A stretch of DNA of 59,962 bases, filler included, from Catajapyx aquilonaris (taxonomy: Eukaryota), in NCBI GenBank assembly GCA_000934665.2. It is 3 parts of 3 records of this genome, joined end to end, with 100 filler letters (N's around TTAATTAATTAA, not from the genome) between each part and the next. Parts side by side here need not be neighbours in the genome. Positions count along the whole stretch, not along the records: positions 20,016 to 39,953 come from JYFJ02006364.1; positions 40,054 to 59,962 come from JYFJ02006365.1; 1 more part is not named here. One strand, written 5' to 3'. The position numbers were made by a program, and so were the translations under genes. Below are positions 34,586 to 45,566 of the stretch, piece after piece. A model generated the notes under the pieces. That model was not told the origin of the DNA. It did no database searches and worked only from the letters and a program-made list of their open reading frames with translations. The first letter of the stretch is position 1. Every line of letters starts with the position of its first letter.

Positions 34586-36505
34586 ATGATCTTAAACATT
34601 TGCTTCCTTCTGGTGCTGCTTCTGGCAGTGAGTCCTGAATCCCATCACATCATTTCTCATTTGGAGAAAGGAAAAGACTTGGACAGAGTGCGAGAGTTTT
34701 TAACCGAGGTTTTGCGAGTGATGCCACGTTTGAAGCCTCCTCTGGTGATATCACACGACTACGACCGCTTACCCCATCAGCTGATGGATCTGATCAACTC
34801 TCGCCACGACAGATACGAACTGACCATGGTCATCAGGAAAGGGGGATCGGTAGAGGACTTTCCAAGGAGATTCCCATTCACAGAGAAGACCGTTCATCTG
34901 GTTGCATCCTCCAGGGACACATTCAGCGACCTATTGAATCGACTGGACCAACTAGCGAATCTCCGAACACGACTGGACCATTTCGTCATCTGGATCAAAG
35001 ATTCAACAAAGTACCGCCAGATTGAGAGTCTCTTCATGGACAAACCTGCTTCGCAATTCAAATACAAGGTAATTGTGACTACATCGGGAAATGGAAGCGC
35101 AGAGATGAACTCGGTTTGCTTCTACTGCAACCACGGGGAACCGGAGTCGACGTATCTCGGTCCATTCTCAGCAGGTGATCGTCTGCCTGCCGTGGAAGAA
35201 GTGTTTCCTGACTACACGCGAGACTTCCACGGGAGAATCATGAGGCTATCGTTTCCCATAGATATCCCCATGGAGGAGATCATAAGACAAAGGGACAACA
35301 AGGAAGCCATCTCCCTATCCGGGAAGATCTTGCTGTTTTTGTTACGTGGATTCAATGCTCCCTGGATTATAGTAACCTTCGAACTGACTATCGAAAGTGT
35401 GAGTGATTCGCCCCTTCCAAACGGTACGTGGGGTGGTAAGATTGCTGATTTACTTGAAGAAAAAGTTGAACTTGGATTCTCGGTCGTTCCAAACCCTGAT
35501 GTGGTGAAAGTTGTCGAGCTTTCCACGTCCATGATAACCGATTCTATCACGTTTGTAGCAACATTGCCCGGGAACGTCCACACCTGGCGTGTGATATTGC
35601 AACCATTCACACTAGTTTCTTGGGTACTAATATTTGCTGGTATAATCCTGTCAGGTGTGGTCCTGTGGAGTATTGCTTTTGCTGGATCAAAACTTTCCAG
35701 CTCTGAGAAGCCATCGGTGGGCAAGTACTTTGCATATTCATCTGGGGCATTCGTAGGGCAGTTCAATTCTATAGATGATGACGGGTCCACCATGAGAACT
35801 TTTCTGATGTTTTTTCTCTACGCGTCTCTGGTAATCAACACCTGCTACCAAGGCAAACTATTTGCTTTCATGACAAATCCTGAAAAAGAATTCTGTCCCA
35901 ATGATTATAAGGAACTACTTGATTCAGAATTCACTCTCTATTTCGCCGCTGCCCACAAGATTATTTTACAAAGTATGATGGAAAGTATCCTCGATAAGAC
36001 TACCCCATTTTACCGGAGTTTTGAGGAGTCACTAACAGTGTGGGACCTAAAAGAATGTGTGGAAATGTGCATGAAGGAAAAGGCAGCCTGCGCTACTTTA
36101 TCAGTTTTACTGTACGAAGAAGCCAATCAACATGTCGATGTTAATGGTAATTCTCTCTTGCAATACACAGATGCGTCTGCCCAGGAGTATTTTATCCCAG
36201 TGGCTGCCCCAATGCGAGCACTCTACCTTGACCATTTCAATTTCATAATATCGAGCGCAATTGCTTTTGGAATAAGAGAATATTGGATAAAAACCACCAA
36301 TTATGAGCAATTTTTCAAGGGGCTTAAAGAAGTGCAAAGGAAGGCTAAATTGGTGGGGGAAATCATGGGAGAGGAGGCTATACAATTTGGAATGAAGCAT
36401 CTGAGTGGTCCCTTCTATTTGTTGGGAGTTGGATTAATTATAAGCGTGGTTGCATTCCTATCTGAAGGTTTTCTTCCATGCTTTGGAGGGTGCTGCTCTA
36501 AATGA
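34586..36505 (+). CDS. Divergent ionotropic receptor, intronless CDS, copy 3 (C-tail shortened by CGA>TGA)
   Basis: Paralog of copies 1 and 2; stop at 36503-36505 where the paralogs have CGA; the ancestral frame continues to TAA 36544. Confidence 0.9.
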   Translation: MILNICFLLVLLLAVSPESHHIISHLEKGKDLDRVREFLTEVLRVMPRLKPPLVISHDYDRLPHQLMDLINSRHDRYELTMVIRKGGSVEDFPRRFPFTEKTVHLVASSRDTFSDLLNRLDQLANLRTRLDHFVIWIKDSTKYRQIESLFMDKPASQFKYKVIVTTSGNGSAEMNSVCFYCNHGEPESTYLGPFSAGDRLPAVEEVFPDYTRDFHGRIMRLSFPIDIPMEEIIRQRDNKEAISLSGKILLFLLRGFNAPWIIVTFELTIESVSDSPLPNGTWGGKIADLLEEKVELGFSVVPNPDVVKVVELSTSMITDSITFVATLPGNVHTWRVILQPFTLVSWVLIFAGIILSGVVLWSIAFAGSKLSSSEKPSVGKYFAYSSGAFVGQFNSIDDDGSTMRTFLMFFLYASLVINTCYQGKLFAFMTNPEKEFCPNDYKELLDSEFTLYFAAAHKIILQSMMESILDKTTPFYRSFEESLTVWDLKECVEMCMKEKAACATLSVLLYEEANQHVDVNGNSLLQYTDASAQEYFIPVAAPMRALYLDHFNFIISSAIAFGIREYWIKTTNYEQFFKGLKEVQRKAKLVGEIMGEEAIQFGMKHLSGPFYLLGVGLIISVVAFLSEGFLPCFGGCCSK

Positions 36506-37640
36506 AATCAAGCCCCTGTCCTTGTCCTCCCACAAAATTGCTAAAAAAACATATTCCCGTGGTCCTTAGGCCACTTGTAACTTCTGACCTTCCATTCAAT
36601 CTGAAGTTGGTTTTTGAACTTGGGGCAGTCAAAAAACCAAAGTCATCGAAATATCGGGGTCATTCTAAATGGAGTGGGCCGAAATGTTGCCTGACTATTT
36701 CGGATTTTGTGGGCGGAAAAATCGCAGAAGTGCACACGTACCGTAAATAGCAAGTTTCAGACACATTGCGTAATGCGGGGGGGGGGGGGGGNCTCCCGAA
36801 ATCTTGAGAGGGGCTGAAAATGCGCCATTTTTTGCGATTTTTTTTTTGTTAGTGGTAGTTGTCAGACGCAATAAACATATTATACCGTATGCCACATGAA
36901 AGAGAAAGACGAGGACACTGAGCCTATGGAATTAGTGAACGTCTGAAATGTAACCAGAATAATGTGCGCGGCATTCTGTCACATGCTCAAGAATTCGCGA
37001 TCCCGAAAATTAGTGATATACGTACGTACGTAGTAATGAGCCTTAGACACCCACCAACTCTTCGTTTTGTGTATTTATATTTTCGAAGCGTCTTATGCGA
37101 CTTATGAGGTCAAAAAATATTATGAGTATTTAATAATGTAATAATGTCAGAGGCGTCCTTCTAATACGAAATGTGATGGTTGACCTCGGTTGACCTGGAT
37201 CTTGCACGTTGCGCTCATGCATATGAATTTGTCGTAAACGAGCAGGTCCTGGATAGACCTTGTCCTACCACCTTACGTTATCACTTATCACCTTTGCCTT
37301 TATTCCCCACTGATAACACTTAATATGAAATATGTAACTCTGTCAAGCACAATAGGCATCCTATTGATTCCATGTCCTTCTTGATCCCACTTTTATCTCT
37401 CCCACTGGAATCAATGGTAAACGGATGTAGTAGAAGACAGTGTATCCTACTAATATAATTATTATGACATGTTTGCCATAATATACTATGTTCTAGGGTT
37501 CAACGGTACGTAATTCGCAACATTATTTACATAACTATGTCACAGATTGCGAAGTGTCACTTGGTAAATGTTCACTTGCAAGTCGATTGTTCGATCCTGT
37601 CGATAACAACATATATGTAACAATATGCAATAAACAACAA

Positions 37641-38502
37641 TCTATATCTATAAATAAGGAAGTTTGGATGTTTGTCCCTTATAGAAATCCAGGGGAAGGC
37701 CCCTACACCGCCTTAAATTAGCATATCGGGGGTCATCTTTTCCAAGGAATCTAACGCCGCATGTTTCAGCTTCCGAAAATGAACCTAACTCCCACAACAC
37801 GCATATTCCCGAATCTTCTCTCTTCTCGGGCCTTAACAATTAACTTACATAAAAATCAAATCACATTCCCATGGAAATGCCCTTATGCAACTTCAATACC
37901 TAGCAAATTAAACCATCGCCGGTAAATTCAAAGCATGCACCAATTACGCTAATAATTGGCCACCTCACGTAAGTTCGTATCGTATGGTCATTCCGGGATT
38001 TCGTGGGATTAGAAAGTAGACTTCCAGACAAAAAAAATACAATAAAATAATACAGTATTTACTAATATTACTCCGTGTTGAAAAATTTCTTCCACCATGC
38101 ATCTGTACGTCTGTACGTACATTTCTAGAGTTATTCAAAGCAAACATATGGAACGAGATGGAGGTGTGAAGTGGGGTAGGGGGGTCAAGAGGTCAAAAAT
38201 GCAGGGGGGAAAAAACACACGACTGTGCAGTCTTTTCCTGGGCCAACTCCATCCGCAATCCTCTTTTTACACATCCAATCAGAATATCTGTGTCGACTAC
38301 ACTATAAGACAAGCAGGTAATCTATCACAGAGAGTGACAAACTTTTCCTTATTGCAACTTATAAGGCCTATTTTAAGACATATCGAGTTTCGAGTGTACG
38401 GAAGGGAAATTCTTACAAACAAACACACTTCCTGAAATAGTGTATATGTACCCCTACCTTTACCACCCCAACATACCCGGGCAACGCCGGGTAACCTGCT
38501 AG
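37641..38502 (+). mobile_element. Non-autonomous Helitron
   Basis: A|TCTATATCTATAAAT 5' end; 3' hairpin CCCGGGCAACGCCGGG then CTAG|T, very like the 3' end at 3888-3914. Confidence 0.8.
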
Positions 38503-38520
38503 TATCTAATCTAATATATA

Positions 38521-39473
38521 CAGGGTGTAACAAGACCCAATGCATAAATTTTAAAGGTGGGTAGGGGACCCCAAAACAAACATTTTTGACCAATGAACCC
38601 ACCCTCTAAAAAAATCAGCAAATTTACTGAAATTGCTAACTGGTTAGTACCTGTAGTAACAGTTATGTGGTTGCTGCTACTCAACAGGAGCGTTGTCATG
38701 GTATAGTGTTGACAATTTAGTACAGTACTGTAAAAAGTCATCACCACCACAAATCAATGAAAGCTGACATGAAACTCACCACCACCTTTATTGCACCCAA
38801 CACAAAACTGTAATCAAAGGAGCTGCTAAAAGTGTCCTCCGGCCACTTGTACACACAGCCTACAACGACGCACAAGAGATTCCCGAGTTGATTGGAACAA
38901 CACTGAATTGTTTATTTTCAAGACTTTTACTTCTTGTGTTGTACCCAAAGAGTTCTGCTATTATATAATATAATACCTAGAGGAGGTACTCCCTATCCTT
39001 TTCCATTAGACAGGCTGAGGCAGCCGCCATCTTGTTGGAGGTCATATTGTTGTTCTAACAGTTGTCTAGCAACTGGGACAACAACCAATAATGACAACTG
39101 GGCGACAATTAGTTCAATAATGTCAGGCGACCGCCATCTTGTTGGAGGTCATATTGTTGCCTGCATTGTTGCCTGCCTCACATTTCAGCCCGAGTACCTC
39201 CTCTAGGTGTATTTATATAATATAGCAGAACTCTTTGGTTGTACCAGACAATTACTTGTCGACACTACCATGACAACGCTACCATAGAGTAGCAGCAAAC
39301 CACATAACTGTTACCGTACCACAGGTACTAACAAGTTATCGATTTCAGTAAATTTGATGATTTTTTAGAGGGGGGGCGATTTTTTCCGAGGATGGGTTCA
39401 TTGGTCAAAAATGTTTGCTTTGGGGTCCCCTACCCACCTTTAAAATTTATGCATTGGGTCTTGTTACACCCTG
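38521..39473. mobile_element. Tc1/mariner long-TIR MITE
   Basis: TA|CAGGGTGTAACAAGACCCAATGCATAAATTTTAAAGGTGGG...CCCACCTTTAAAATTTATGCATTGGGTCTTGTTACACCCTG|TA; TIR ~200 bp. Confidence 0.88.
38946..39237. mobile_element. P-element/hAT-type MITE nested in the Tc1 MITE
   Basis: GTTGTACC|CAAAGAGTTCTGCTA...TAGCAGAACTCTTTG|GTTGTACC (8-bp TSD). Confidence 0.85.
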
Positions 39474-39953
39474 TATAAAGCCCCAGTCCGAGGATATAGG
39501 AGGATATAGGAGGATATAGGATGGAAAAGATCTCGCACTTCCCGAGGTCGTAAAGCTGTGGTCGAAATTCCGTTGGATTCCTTGCGGTCGACATACATTG
39601 TCCAAAAATCCTCAAAATGCCAAAATTCCCAGCCGTTTTCGAGATGGCAAAAAGTCGACTTTTGCCCACTCCACAAGGAACATCTGTTTGTCGTTAAGCC
39701 GGGAAAGAACAATGGCCCATTCACCCTCATCTCCCGAGACCTCTCAGCTCACATAATTATGGTTACACCCCCTCCCCCTGGCCCCCACCCCACTTTTCCT
39801 TTTTTCAGCATATACGTCAGCTAGGGCGCATTCTCATACCGTCATACCTTTGTGGACCGTGACGTCACGGGTTCTGTAAACTGATTGATTTCTGTAACCG
39901 GATGGAATAGGCGGAACACGGGCACCGCGCCGAAGGCGCGCACGTGGGGCGCA

Positions 39954-40053
39954 NNNNNNNNNNNNNNNNNNNNNNNNNNNNNNNNNNNNNNNNNNNNTTA
40001 ATTAATTAANNNNNNNNNNNNNNNNNNNNNNNNNNNNNNNNNNNNNNNNNNNN
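39954..40053. other. Artificial contig linker
   Basis: 44 N + TTAATTAATTAA + 44 N, identical to 19916-20015. Confidence 0.95.
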
Positions 40054-40711
40054 TGACTTGCGGTTCTCCCGATCATCTCTTCTCGACCAAAAAGGAAAAT
40101 AACTGGAATGAAGGTCAGGCACTCGCAGCAGGTCCCAGGCGTAACCATGGAAGTAGACAATAATAGTAATAATTGAACCCTTGCCTCAAAGAAAGCGTGT
40201 ATCCGCATTGGATTCCTAATGAAGATACACGTACGTACCCTTCTTCGAGCCAAGGGCTCAATTCATGGTAAATCCTATCTCACTGCCAGGGCCGGAAAAT
40301 TTTTAACCTGCAGACCCACTTCTGCTGTTTCAAAGTGGCGCAGTGGTCCTTTAAAAAACCCGGTCACAAAATGTTGGCATAATTATTAGGCATGAGCACC
40401 AACCATCCGACAAAATGCAACTAAAACCAGATGATGTATGTGACTAATATTCTTGGTTAATGTTATTGATTTGGCTGTAAGTGCTTCAACTATGGCAACT
40501 ACATGTGCTTCAGAGACGGAGTGGTTAGCATCTCAGCCTTCCAAGTTCAATCCTCGGAGACTTTCATGTGGGTAGAGTTTCAGTGGGTTCTCATTGCATT
40601 TGTGTTGATAGTCCTGCAGTTGTCTCTCTTTTGGAAGCCATATTTGGGCCTCTTTCTCAGACAATGAAGGGCAGCCATGACTTTCAGCTGCTACAAGTAA
40701 CTTAATATGGT

Positions 40712-41379
40712 CAAGAGCTAATAACTGAGAGCCTCCGAGTCCCCTATCCCTTGCATAGAGCCAGGGTTCCTCATCCTCTCCACGGAACTGGCGACTCCCC
40801 AGACGGGCTTGGCCATATCATGGCAGCTCAGTTAACACGGGAGGGCTACATGGGAAAAATCCTGGATACGTCACGGGGAAACGAGCCCCCTCCCCCACCC
40901 CACCCTAACCACCTCCTGAGGCAGCCGCCCTCCTTGGAGGAAGGTCCAGCCCACTTGGCCAGTGGCCAATCAGAGACCAGTTTCTTCGGAGACCCAGAAT
41001 CTGACACATGGGCTCCTTTTCCGAGAAGCCACCTGGTCCGTGGGGGTCAAGGTTGGGGATGGGGTTCCCAAAATAGGCTCCGCCTCGGGGGGCACAAACC
41101 ACACTGTCAGCAAGTCAAGGGGAGGGGCAGAGCAGGAAAAGAGGTGAATCACCTGGGAAAAGAATGTGTCATTTGGCTTCAATTTTGCCCAAGTGGTTGG
41201 GCACTCCCCTAGTCACGTGTTTATATGCACTCATAGCATAGGCTCCACAGCTTTCTTACAAATCAAGATGACTGCGAGTCATCAGCTAAAGATTCAGGGC
41301 CGGGTGCACCAGACGCGTTAGATCAAAAACGGCGCGTATTTGATTGTTTGTAATCGTTGGCAAAACTGAAATAGAAATC

Positions 41380-41439
<60 letters not shown>

Positions 41440-42218
41440 TCATACCCCGTTATCAGCCGGCGGCTCTTTAGGGGGGATATATATATTTTTTGACTGGAAC
41501 TCTTCGTTTCGTTTTTTACTGCGCTTTTTGGGATAGGATAGGAAAGGAAGGAGGCGGCTGTGGCCTATTAGTTTAGGAAACAACTCCGGAATTCTCCTGG
41601 AGGAACCGTGGGAAACCACAGAAAACCACGGTTAGAGTTGCCGGCACCGGGATTCGAACCCAGGACCTCCCGATTAGCAGTCGGATACCATATCCCCTCC
41701 GCCACCACTGCTTCGGTAATAGAAATCAATAACAAAGTGCACTTTTGATTTAGCATGATAACTTCAACCGGTTTTCTTAGTATACACATGGGTTTCCGTG
41801 GGCCTGTTTGTGACATGCCTGGTACGAATCGAGTATGAAAAGATATGTTTTCGACACCTTAGAACTCATATTTGCCGTCAAAAATGCAAAAAGGTGCGTC
41901 CTTAAAAAAGTTTGCGGATTATTTTAAGAAGTTCACTACCCTACCTGTGATAAGCCCCAGGAGGGTAGATTAGGAAAAGGGCCCCAAGTCCAGGAGCCCT
42001 GGGGCCTTTCTTCGCACCCACGTCAACCAAAGGTGATAAATGAGGAACAGAAAGAGTTGACCCCCTGAAGTAGCCACGCCTCTGTGGGCGGGACAAAGAT
42101 TCCCTTCTTGGTTCGGCCTAGTCGCGCCAGAGGGAAACTAATCGCAACACTTCCCTGCTCCATCAGAGGTTCAGTCACGGCAAAGGACTTGTCACATGCT
42201 CTCAGTTATTAGCTCTTG
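40712..42218. mobile_element. P-superfamily-like non-autonomous element, 7-bp TSD
   Basis: ATATGGT|CAAGAGCTAATAACTGAGAGC...GCTCTCAGTTATTAGCTCTTG|ATATGGT; perfect 21-bp TIR. Confidence 0.8.
41385..41717 (-). mobile_element. Full-length SINE family B (tRNA-Ser(GCT)-like head)
   Basis: Head with GACTGCTAATC loop and B box GGTTCGAATCC; (TTA)n tail; 15-bp TSD AATAGAAATCAATAA at 41370 and 41718. Confidence 0.9.
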
Positions 42219-42548
42219 ATATGGTGTCATAATTCCTGTAAAACAGCTGCATCATGCAGAGCTTGTGCATTCAGGATCATATATGCAGGACCCTGTAGGC
42301 ATGAGCCGATTCATCGTTGTAATGAACACTGAAAATTTGGGAATAAAGGAGGGAAAAATTACTAAGCACTGCAGAAATCCCTGTTGAAACCTTGCACAAC
42401 GGAATGTGTTGGAGGGATGAAGACTATGACAATATTATTTTGTATTGGGTTTTCTACAAATGTATTATGCAAGTACACAAATGGTCTTGCATTTGTGATC
42501 ATCTTCTGCAGCACCTCTAATCAACTCTTGTGACCTTCTCATCTGCAG

Positions 42549-42632
42549 GTGGAGATCCAGGACAACGAGGCTGCTGGAAAGAATCCAGGGACACCAGAAG
42601 CTGCCTCTAAACATGGCCATGATGCGCAAAAG
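42549..42632 (+). CDS. Putative phase-0 internal exon of zinc-finger gene A
   Basis: CTGCAG|GTGGAG...CAAAAG|GTACAG; 84 nt, open (VEIQDNEAAG...HDAQK). Confidence 0.45.
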
Positions 42633-42888
42633 GTACAGCAGCTGCATGATAAACCATGCTGTGTCGGTCATCTTCAGACTCCGCCTAGTGCTGGGTACAA
42701 AATCTGTATTGGTCAAGGAGAGTGGAGAGGGAGTAACCGATTGTGTGTGGGAGTGACAGGGGGGCAGCACATGGCGTGACTGATAGGGTCTGAATTTTCC
42801 TGTGCCCATTGTAATGATACAACAGTTTGTGGGCGCAATACTTTTTTTTACGCAGAGGAAAATAATAATGATGTACGTTTTTGCTCAG

Positions 42889-43050
42889 GTGGAAGTGCAG
42901 CGTGGAACAAGGCAATCAAAAGTGAAGGCTCGACAGAAGATGTCGGAAATGAGGGAAAGTCACTGTGGAAGGGGCAGCGACTCTGACAGTGGAGACAGCA
43001 GTGAAGACGTAGCGATTTCTGACCTTGAGAGCGAGTCATCTGAGGATGAG
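42889..43050 (+). CDS. Phase-0 acidic linker exon (repeat E1) of zinc-finger gene A
   Basis: TTTTGCTCAG|GTGGAAGTG...GAGGATGAG|GTTCGT; 162 nt, open; paralogous exons at 57383 and 57817. Confidence 0.65.
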
Positions 43051-43679
43051 GTTCGTACTTATTTCAGGACTGGTGCTGATCAAGGCTGTTTCAGGTGTTG
43101 GGTCTCACAAGGGAACGGTACTTGCTGTAAGTTGAGTTGCCCTATGACACTTGGCATAGGGCAAGAGTCCATATGGTTGATGCGAAAAGTGAAGTCCGTT
43201 GCGGCTGACATACAAGAGTTTACGAAATAATGGCTCCTAAAGTTTCCTATAGCTGCTGACGTGGTGGTGGTATTTCCCAGGATAACTAGTTAAGGTATAG
43301 AAAATAGCATATCTCTATCATCTATCAGTCAAATGGACCCAGTCTACCACAGCACTGCTGGCTCATCCATGCCACCTACCAACCAATGGCAAGGCAAAAC
43401 CCTGCTATAAAGCCGAGCACGGGACAGCATAATGCCAATCTGCTATCTGATATCGTGTGAAATGCAGTGCAACGTGAACAAGGAGAAACCCGGCTAGTGC
43501 CTGGACATTTCTTCTGGTGTAAAGGAATAACACAATACGACATCGGACTTATTTACTGGTGGAAGGCTGACCCGGCATCAACGACCACGAACAAGTGCAA
43601 CGGTGAATATTTTTTGTTGTGTGATTAATGCAATTTCGTTCATTGCATTAGACTCTTGTTTTCACAGTGACACAACAGG

Positions 43680-45281
43680 ATGAGAGATGCAAATCCTAAA
43701 GCAGTCGTACAGCTGTTATTGCAGCATTATGGTGCGTTCAATGGTGTTCCAACGAGGGAAGACACAGAAATGTTCAACCAAATCAAGAATACGCTTGACA
43801 ACCAAGAAGAAGTCATTGAAGAAATCCAAACGCTTGGGTTCAATGATATCTATATTCATGAAGAAGATGAACCGGATGATTTTAGTGATTCTGACGACTC
43901 TAGTGAAGAACCGCAAGAAGAACCACCTGCAAAAAAACCAACCTCTGTCAGCCCAGCATTGACAGATGCGTATCTCGAAAAAGCCTGGCTATACTGGACA
44001 TATGACGGCACAAGATTTGAAAAGGGGGATCGTCGGTCATGGACTTCAGTTACCAATCGTTTTAAACAGTTGAAAGGACATCAAATGAACAGTCTTACTC
44101 GATATGCCTTACGTCGACGGGTAGGTCCGTTTGGAGTAGCACAGGAAGCGCACCAAGAAATCAACAGACGCACTTTGGCAGATTTTAAGAGACTTGTAGG
44201 CGCTCACGCCATCATTCATGACATAACATTACGTGCCATTGCCTTGGAACACAAAAGAGCGGTGAATCCAAACGCATTTTTCAAAGCATCACCATCATGG
44301 GTGACCAAGTTCAAAGCACGGAACAATATTGTATCTAGAAAAATAACACACTCTGTAGGGCGCAACTACGCAGCTAGTCAAACCAACCTCCGCCATATTG
44401 CTGATGTTTTTGTTGAGAAAGTAAGGGATCTTGTTATTTCCAAAGCAGTTCAACCTCACCAGTTTTATAACACAGATCAGAGTCGATTTGACAAAGAAGG
44501 TCACAGTTCACGGACACTTCGTGGAAAAGGAGACAAAGTTATCTTCGCTTCCATGGGTTCTATTGCAGCTACTACCCACTCGTACATGATCATGCCAATA
44601 ATCTCTGCAGATGGCACGCTTCATTCTCCATTGTACATGCTTGTTGCTGAGTCAAGCGGAAGGTTCCCTAAAAACTTTCCAAATCCACCTGAAAACATCA
44701 AGGCCTACGCATATACAAGTGCGAACATGACGAAGAGGCATCTTCAAACATTCCTTACTGATGTCTTCTTTTACTACGCAAAGGGAGATAAACACCTCCT
44801 TATTGTAGACTCCTGGAGTGGGTATAGTAACACAGATGATTCTTTAACACCCCTTATTCCAGATAATGTAGACTTTTCCATGGAACAGGTACCTCCAAAA
44901 TGTACTCCTCTTGTTCAACCCCTTGATGTTTATTTTTTCCGCCAGTACAAGAATGTTATCAAGCATATTACAGACATATCTCTTTTCCTGGCACCAGAAT
45001 ATAACATATGGCATCGAGATAACTTTATTAAACTGCAATCAGAAGTTCACTTTCAGTTTTTGGCTCCTCCGTTCAAGGAAATGATCAGGTATTCCTTTTA
45101 TAAATCTGGATATATAGATGAACCACCCAAGCCTTTCATGACTCCAATGGAGTATTGTTTTCATAGTGTTTGTGATAATTGTCACTCTTGTGAAACAACA
45201 TCTTTCATGCAATGTGCTCACTGCACAAATTATTATTGCTTCGAGCATGCTATCATTGATGTTCACAATTGCTTATCATAA
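43680..45281 (+). CDS. Tc5-like DDD transposase, 533 aa
   Basis: CENP-B-type HTH (FKASPSWVTKFK); FYNTDQS, LLIVDSWSG, VQPLDV (38 residues between the last two Asp); C-terminal Cys/His cluster CHSC...CAHC...CFEH. Confidence 0.92.
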   Translation: MRDANPKAVVQLLLQHYGAFNGVPTREDTEMFNQIKNTLDNQEEVIEEIQTLGFNDIYIHEEDEPDDFSDSDDSSEEPQEEPPAKKPTSVSPALTDAYLEKAWLYWTYDGTRFEKGDRRSWTSVTNRFKQLKGHQMNSLTRYALRRRVGPFGVAQEAHQEINRRTLADFKRLVGAHAIIHDITLRAIALEHKRAVNPNAFFKASPSWVTKFKARNNIVSRKITHSVGRNYAASQTNLRHIADVFVEKVRDLVISKAVQPHQFYNTDQSRFDKEGHSSRTLRGKGDKVIFASMGSIAATTHSYMIMPIISADGTLHSPLYMLVAESSGRFPKNFPNPPENIKAYAYTSANMTKRHLQTFLTDVFFYYAKGDKHLLIVDSWSGYSNTDDSLTPLIPDNVDFSMEQVPPKCTPLVQPLDVYFFRQYKNVIKHITDISLFLAPEYNIWHRDNFIKLQSEVHFQFLAPPFKEMIRYSFYKSGYIDEPPKPFMTPMEYCFHSVCDNCHSCETTSFMQCAHCTNYYCFEHAIIDVHNCLS

Positions 45282-45318
45282 AGGTTGTAAACACTGTAAA
45301 TAAATAGATGATATATAT

Positions 45319-45566
45319 GAAGAGCACAGGGGAAAAACGGGGAATGTCACATTCCGTTGGGGGTTCCTGCCAAGTGCACAGTACAATAGTAGCATAGGTG
45401 ACACTTATACCTGGAGGCTTTCCATGGGTACAAGGGTGACGGTTGCATATAATGACGTGAAGATATCCCTATTATTCTTTAGACACGTGAAGAAATAAAG
45501 CTATTTCTTCGATTTTTCATGGACATTTTTTGGTGTGACATTCCCCGTTTTTCCCCTGTGCTCTTC
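45319..45566. mobile_element. Small IR-bounded insertion at the inner edge of the right TIR
   Basis: GAAGAGCACAGGGGAAAAACGGGGAATGTCACA ... TGTGACATTCCCCGTTTTTCCCCTGTGCTCTTC, flanked by ATAT. Confidence 0.6.

Noticed and set aside
23876..35793. Conserved ~190-aa antisense ORFs within each IR (23876-24457, 29020-29586, 35212-35793)
   Set aside because: Shadow ORFs of the sense CDS, conserved only because the genes are recent paralogs; no recognisable protein features.
40751..41212. 153-aa GC-rich ORF inside the P-like element
   Set aside because: No transposase or THAP motifs recognised; likely a chance ORF in GC-rich sequence.
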